Sequence record: OP557969.1
Direction: 5' to 3' (one strand)
DNA length: 64,000 nt
DNA from: Escherichia phage ph0011
Numbering within the stretch: the first letter of the stretch is position 1; every line of letters starts with the position of its first letter. This document shows, one piece after another, positions 60,199 to 64,000 of the stretch. The translations under genes and the position numbers were made by a program. Below the pieces are notes generated by a model, which made no database searches, had not been told where the DNA came from, and saw only the letters and a program-made list of their open reading frames with translations.

Positions 60199-60798
60199 TT
60201 ATAGTTGAACTGGAAGAGCAGCACGTACTTTAATAGCTACAGCAGTAGATGCACCTGCATCACCAACACCATCAGTTCCTTGACTTACGAAAGTTTTAGT
60301 ACGAAAAACTTTAGCTTGTGCAATAGATTTAGCTAGGTCAACAGTTGGATCAACTGGAGCAGGACATGCAGAACCTGGACGAACTTCTTGTTTATTAAAT
60401 ACGTCTTGACGTTCACAGATGAAAGTCAATGCAACAGAGTTAGCACCACCTTTAACATCAGTACCGCTAGTACCAAATGCAACTACGTTTGGGTTAGCAT
60501 TTTTAAAATCTTCAGGAATAACAACTTCTGCATCAAGAGCAAGTAGTGAAGTCGTTACAAGAACAGCACGTTGCTGTAGTAGTTGAGTAACCATGAATAG
60601 GTTATATTGTGCATTGCTTAGTGCAGTTTGATATGCATCAGCTTGAGCATCAGAACCATCGGACACAACTTTAGTAGTACCGATTTCAACATCGGCTGGT
60701 AGATCGATTACGATGGTTACAAAACCGTTGTTACCACCCCACCATTCGCGTGCAACACCAGACATACCATAGTTACGGTTAAAAGAATTAAGACTCAT
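60199..60798 (-). CDS. Hypothetical protein, paralog B of a tandem pair (199 aa), probable late/structural gene
   Basis: LLQQRAVLVTTS...VFNKQEV blocks; strong RBS AAGGAGA; ATAAATA-type motif 46-58 nt upstream on the minus strand. Confidence 0.5.
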   Translation of the reverse strand: MSLNSFNRNYGMSGVAREWWGGNNGFVTIVIDLPADVEIGTTKVVSDGSDAQADAYQTALSNAQYNLFMVTQLLQQRAVLVTTSLLALDAEVVIPEDFKNANPNVVAFGTSGTDVKGGANSVALTFICERQDVFNKQEVRPGSACPAPVDPTVDLAKSIAQAKVFRTKTFVSQGTDGVGDAGASTAVAIKVRAALPVQL

Positions 60799-60843
60799 GA
60801 AAATCTCCTTGTCAAATTTTGTGCAGGAACATCCTGCTTAAAG

Positions 60844-60920
60844 TTATTTATCAAAAAATATCATCAGCATTTAAATTTACTGAAATAATTAATGAATTTC
60901 TATGATATTATTTATCAAAA
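60844..60920. repeat. Two 13-bp direct repeats TTATTTATCAAAA (60844-60856 and 60908-60920) in divergent promoter region
   Basis: Read directly; the reverse complement contains GATAAATAA (late-promoter-like, minus strand); the second copy abuts the -35 of the RNase H promoter. Confidence 0.5.
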
Positions 60921-60950
60921 TTGGGAAAGTGCTTAATGATGTGCTATAAT
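60921..60950 (+). promoter_or_regulatory. Sigma70-type promoter TTGGGA-N18-TGcTATAAT upstream of RNase H gene
   Basis: Extended -10 TGCTATAAT at 60942-60950 and -35-like TTGGGA at 60921-60926. Confidence 0.5.
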
Positions 60951-60959
60951 TTTCAATGA

Positions 60960-64000
<3,041 letters not shown>

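Overview
Low-GC (~35%) window from a large virulent tailed phage with T4-like core genes; host unknown. All homology calls below are by-eye comparison with remembered family motifs, not database searches. Minus-strand block (1-33.7 kb, in T4 order 53-5-25-6...13/14-15): four adjacent receptor-binding fiber genes, neck/tail-completion genes, a NUDIX hydrolase, a 3,333-aa giant structural ORF, baseplate genes (gp6-, gp25-, gp53-like) and a gp5-like central spike with a fused GH24 lysozyme next to a free lysozyme paralog. Two plus-strand insertions interrupt it: a three-gene island (5.2-7.4 kb) and a ClpA-like AAA+ unfoldase with its own promoter and terminators (10.8-13.2 kb). Plus-strand block (33.8-59.5 kb): gp55-like late sigma factor, gp47/gp46 (SbcD/SbcC-like) nuclease, a probable portal, gp21 prohead protease, gp22 scaffold, gp23 major capsid protein, two freestanding nuclease-like genes, a tail fiber with Tfa chaperone, family-B DNA polymerase, clamp-like protein, zinc ribbon and GroES-like co-chaperonin. 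The window ends with a minus-strand paralog pair, RNase H, and a terminase large-subunit gene whose P-loop is interrupted by an intein and an apparent 1-nt frame break. I found no defined novel multi-gene system; the best candidates for something undescribed are an 850-bp ORF-poor region with a sigma70-like promoter and intrinsic terminator (possible ~470-nt ncRNA), the ClpA-like insertion and the giant ORF. Several ORF-track starts are TTG/GTG or lack an RBS and were moved to nearby ATGs with Shine-Dalgarno support.
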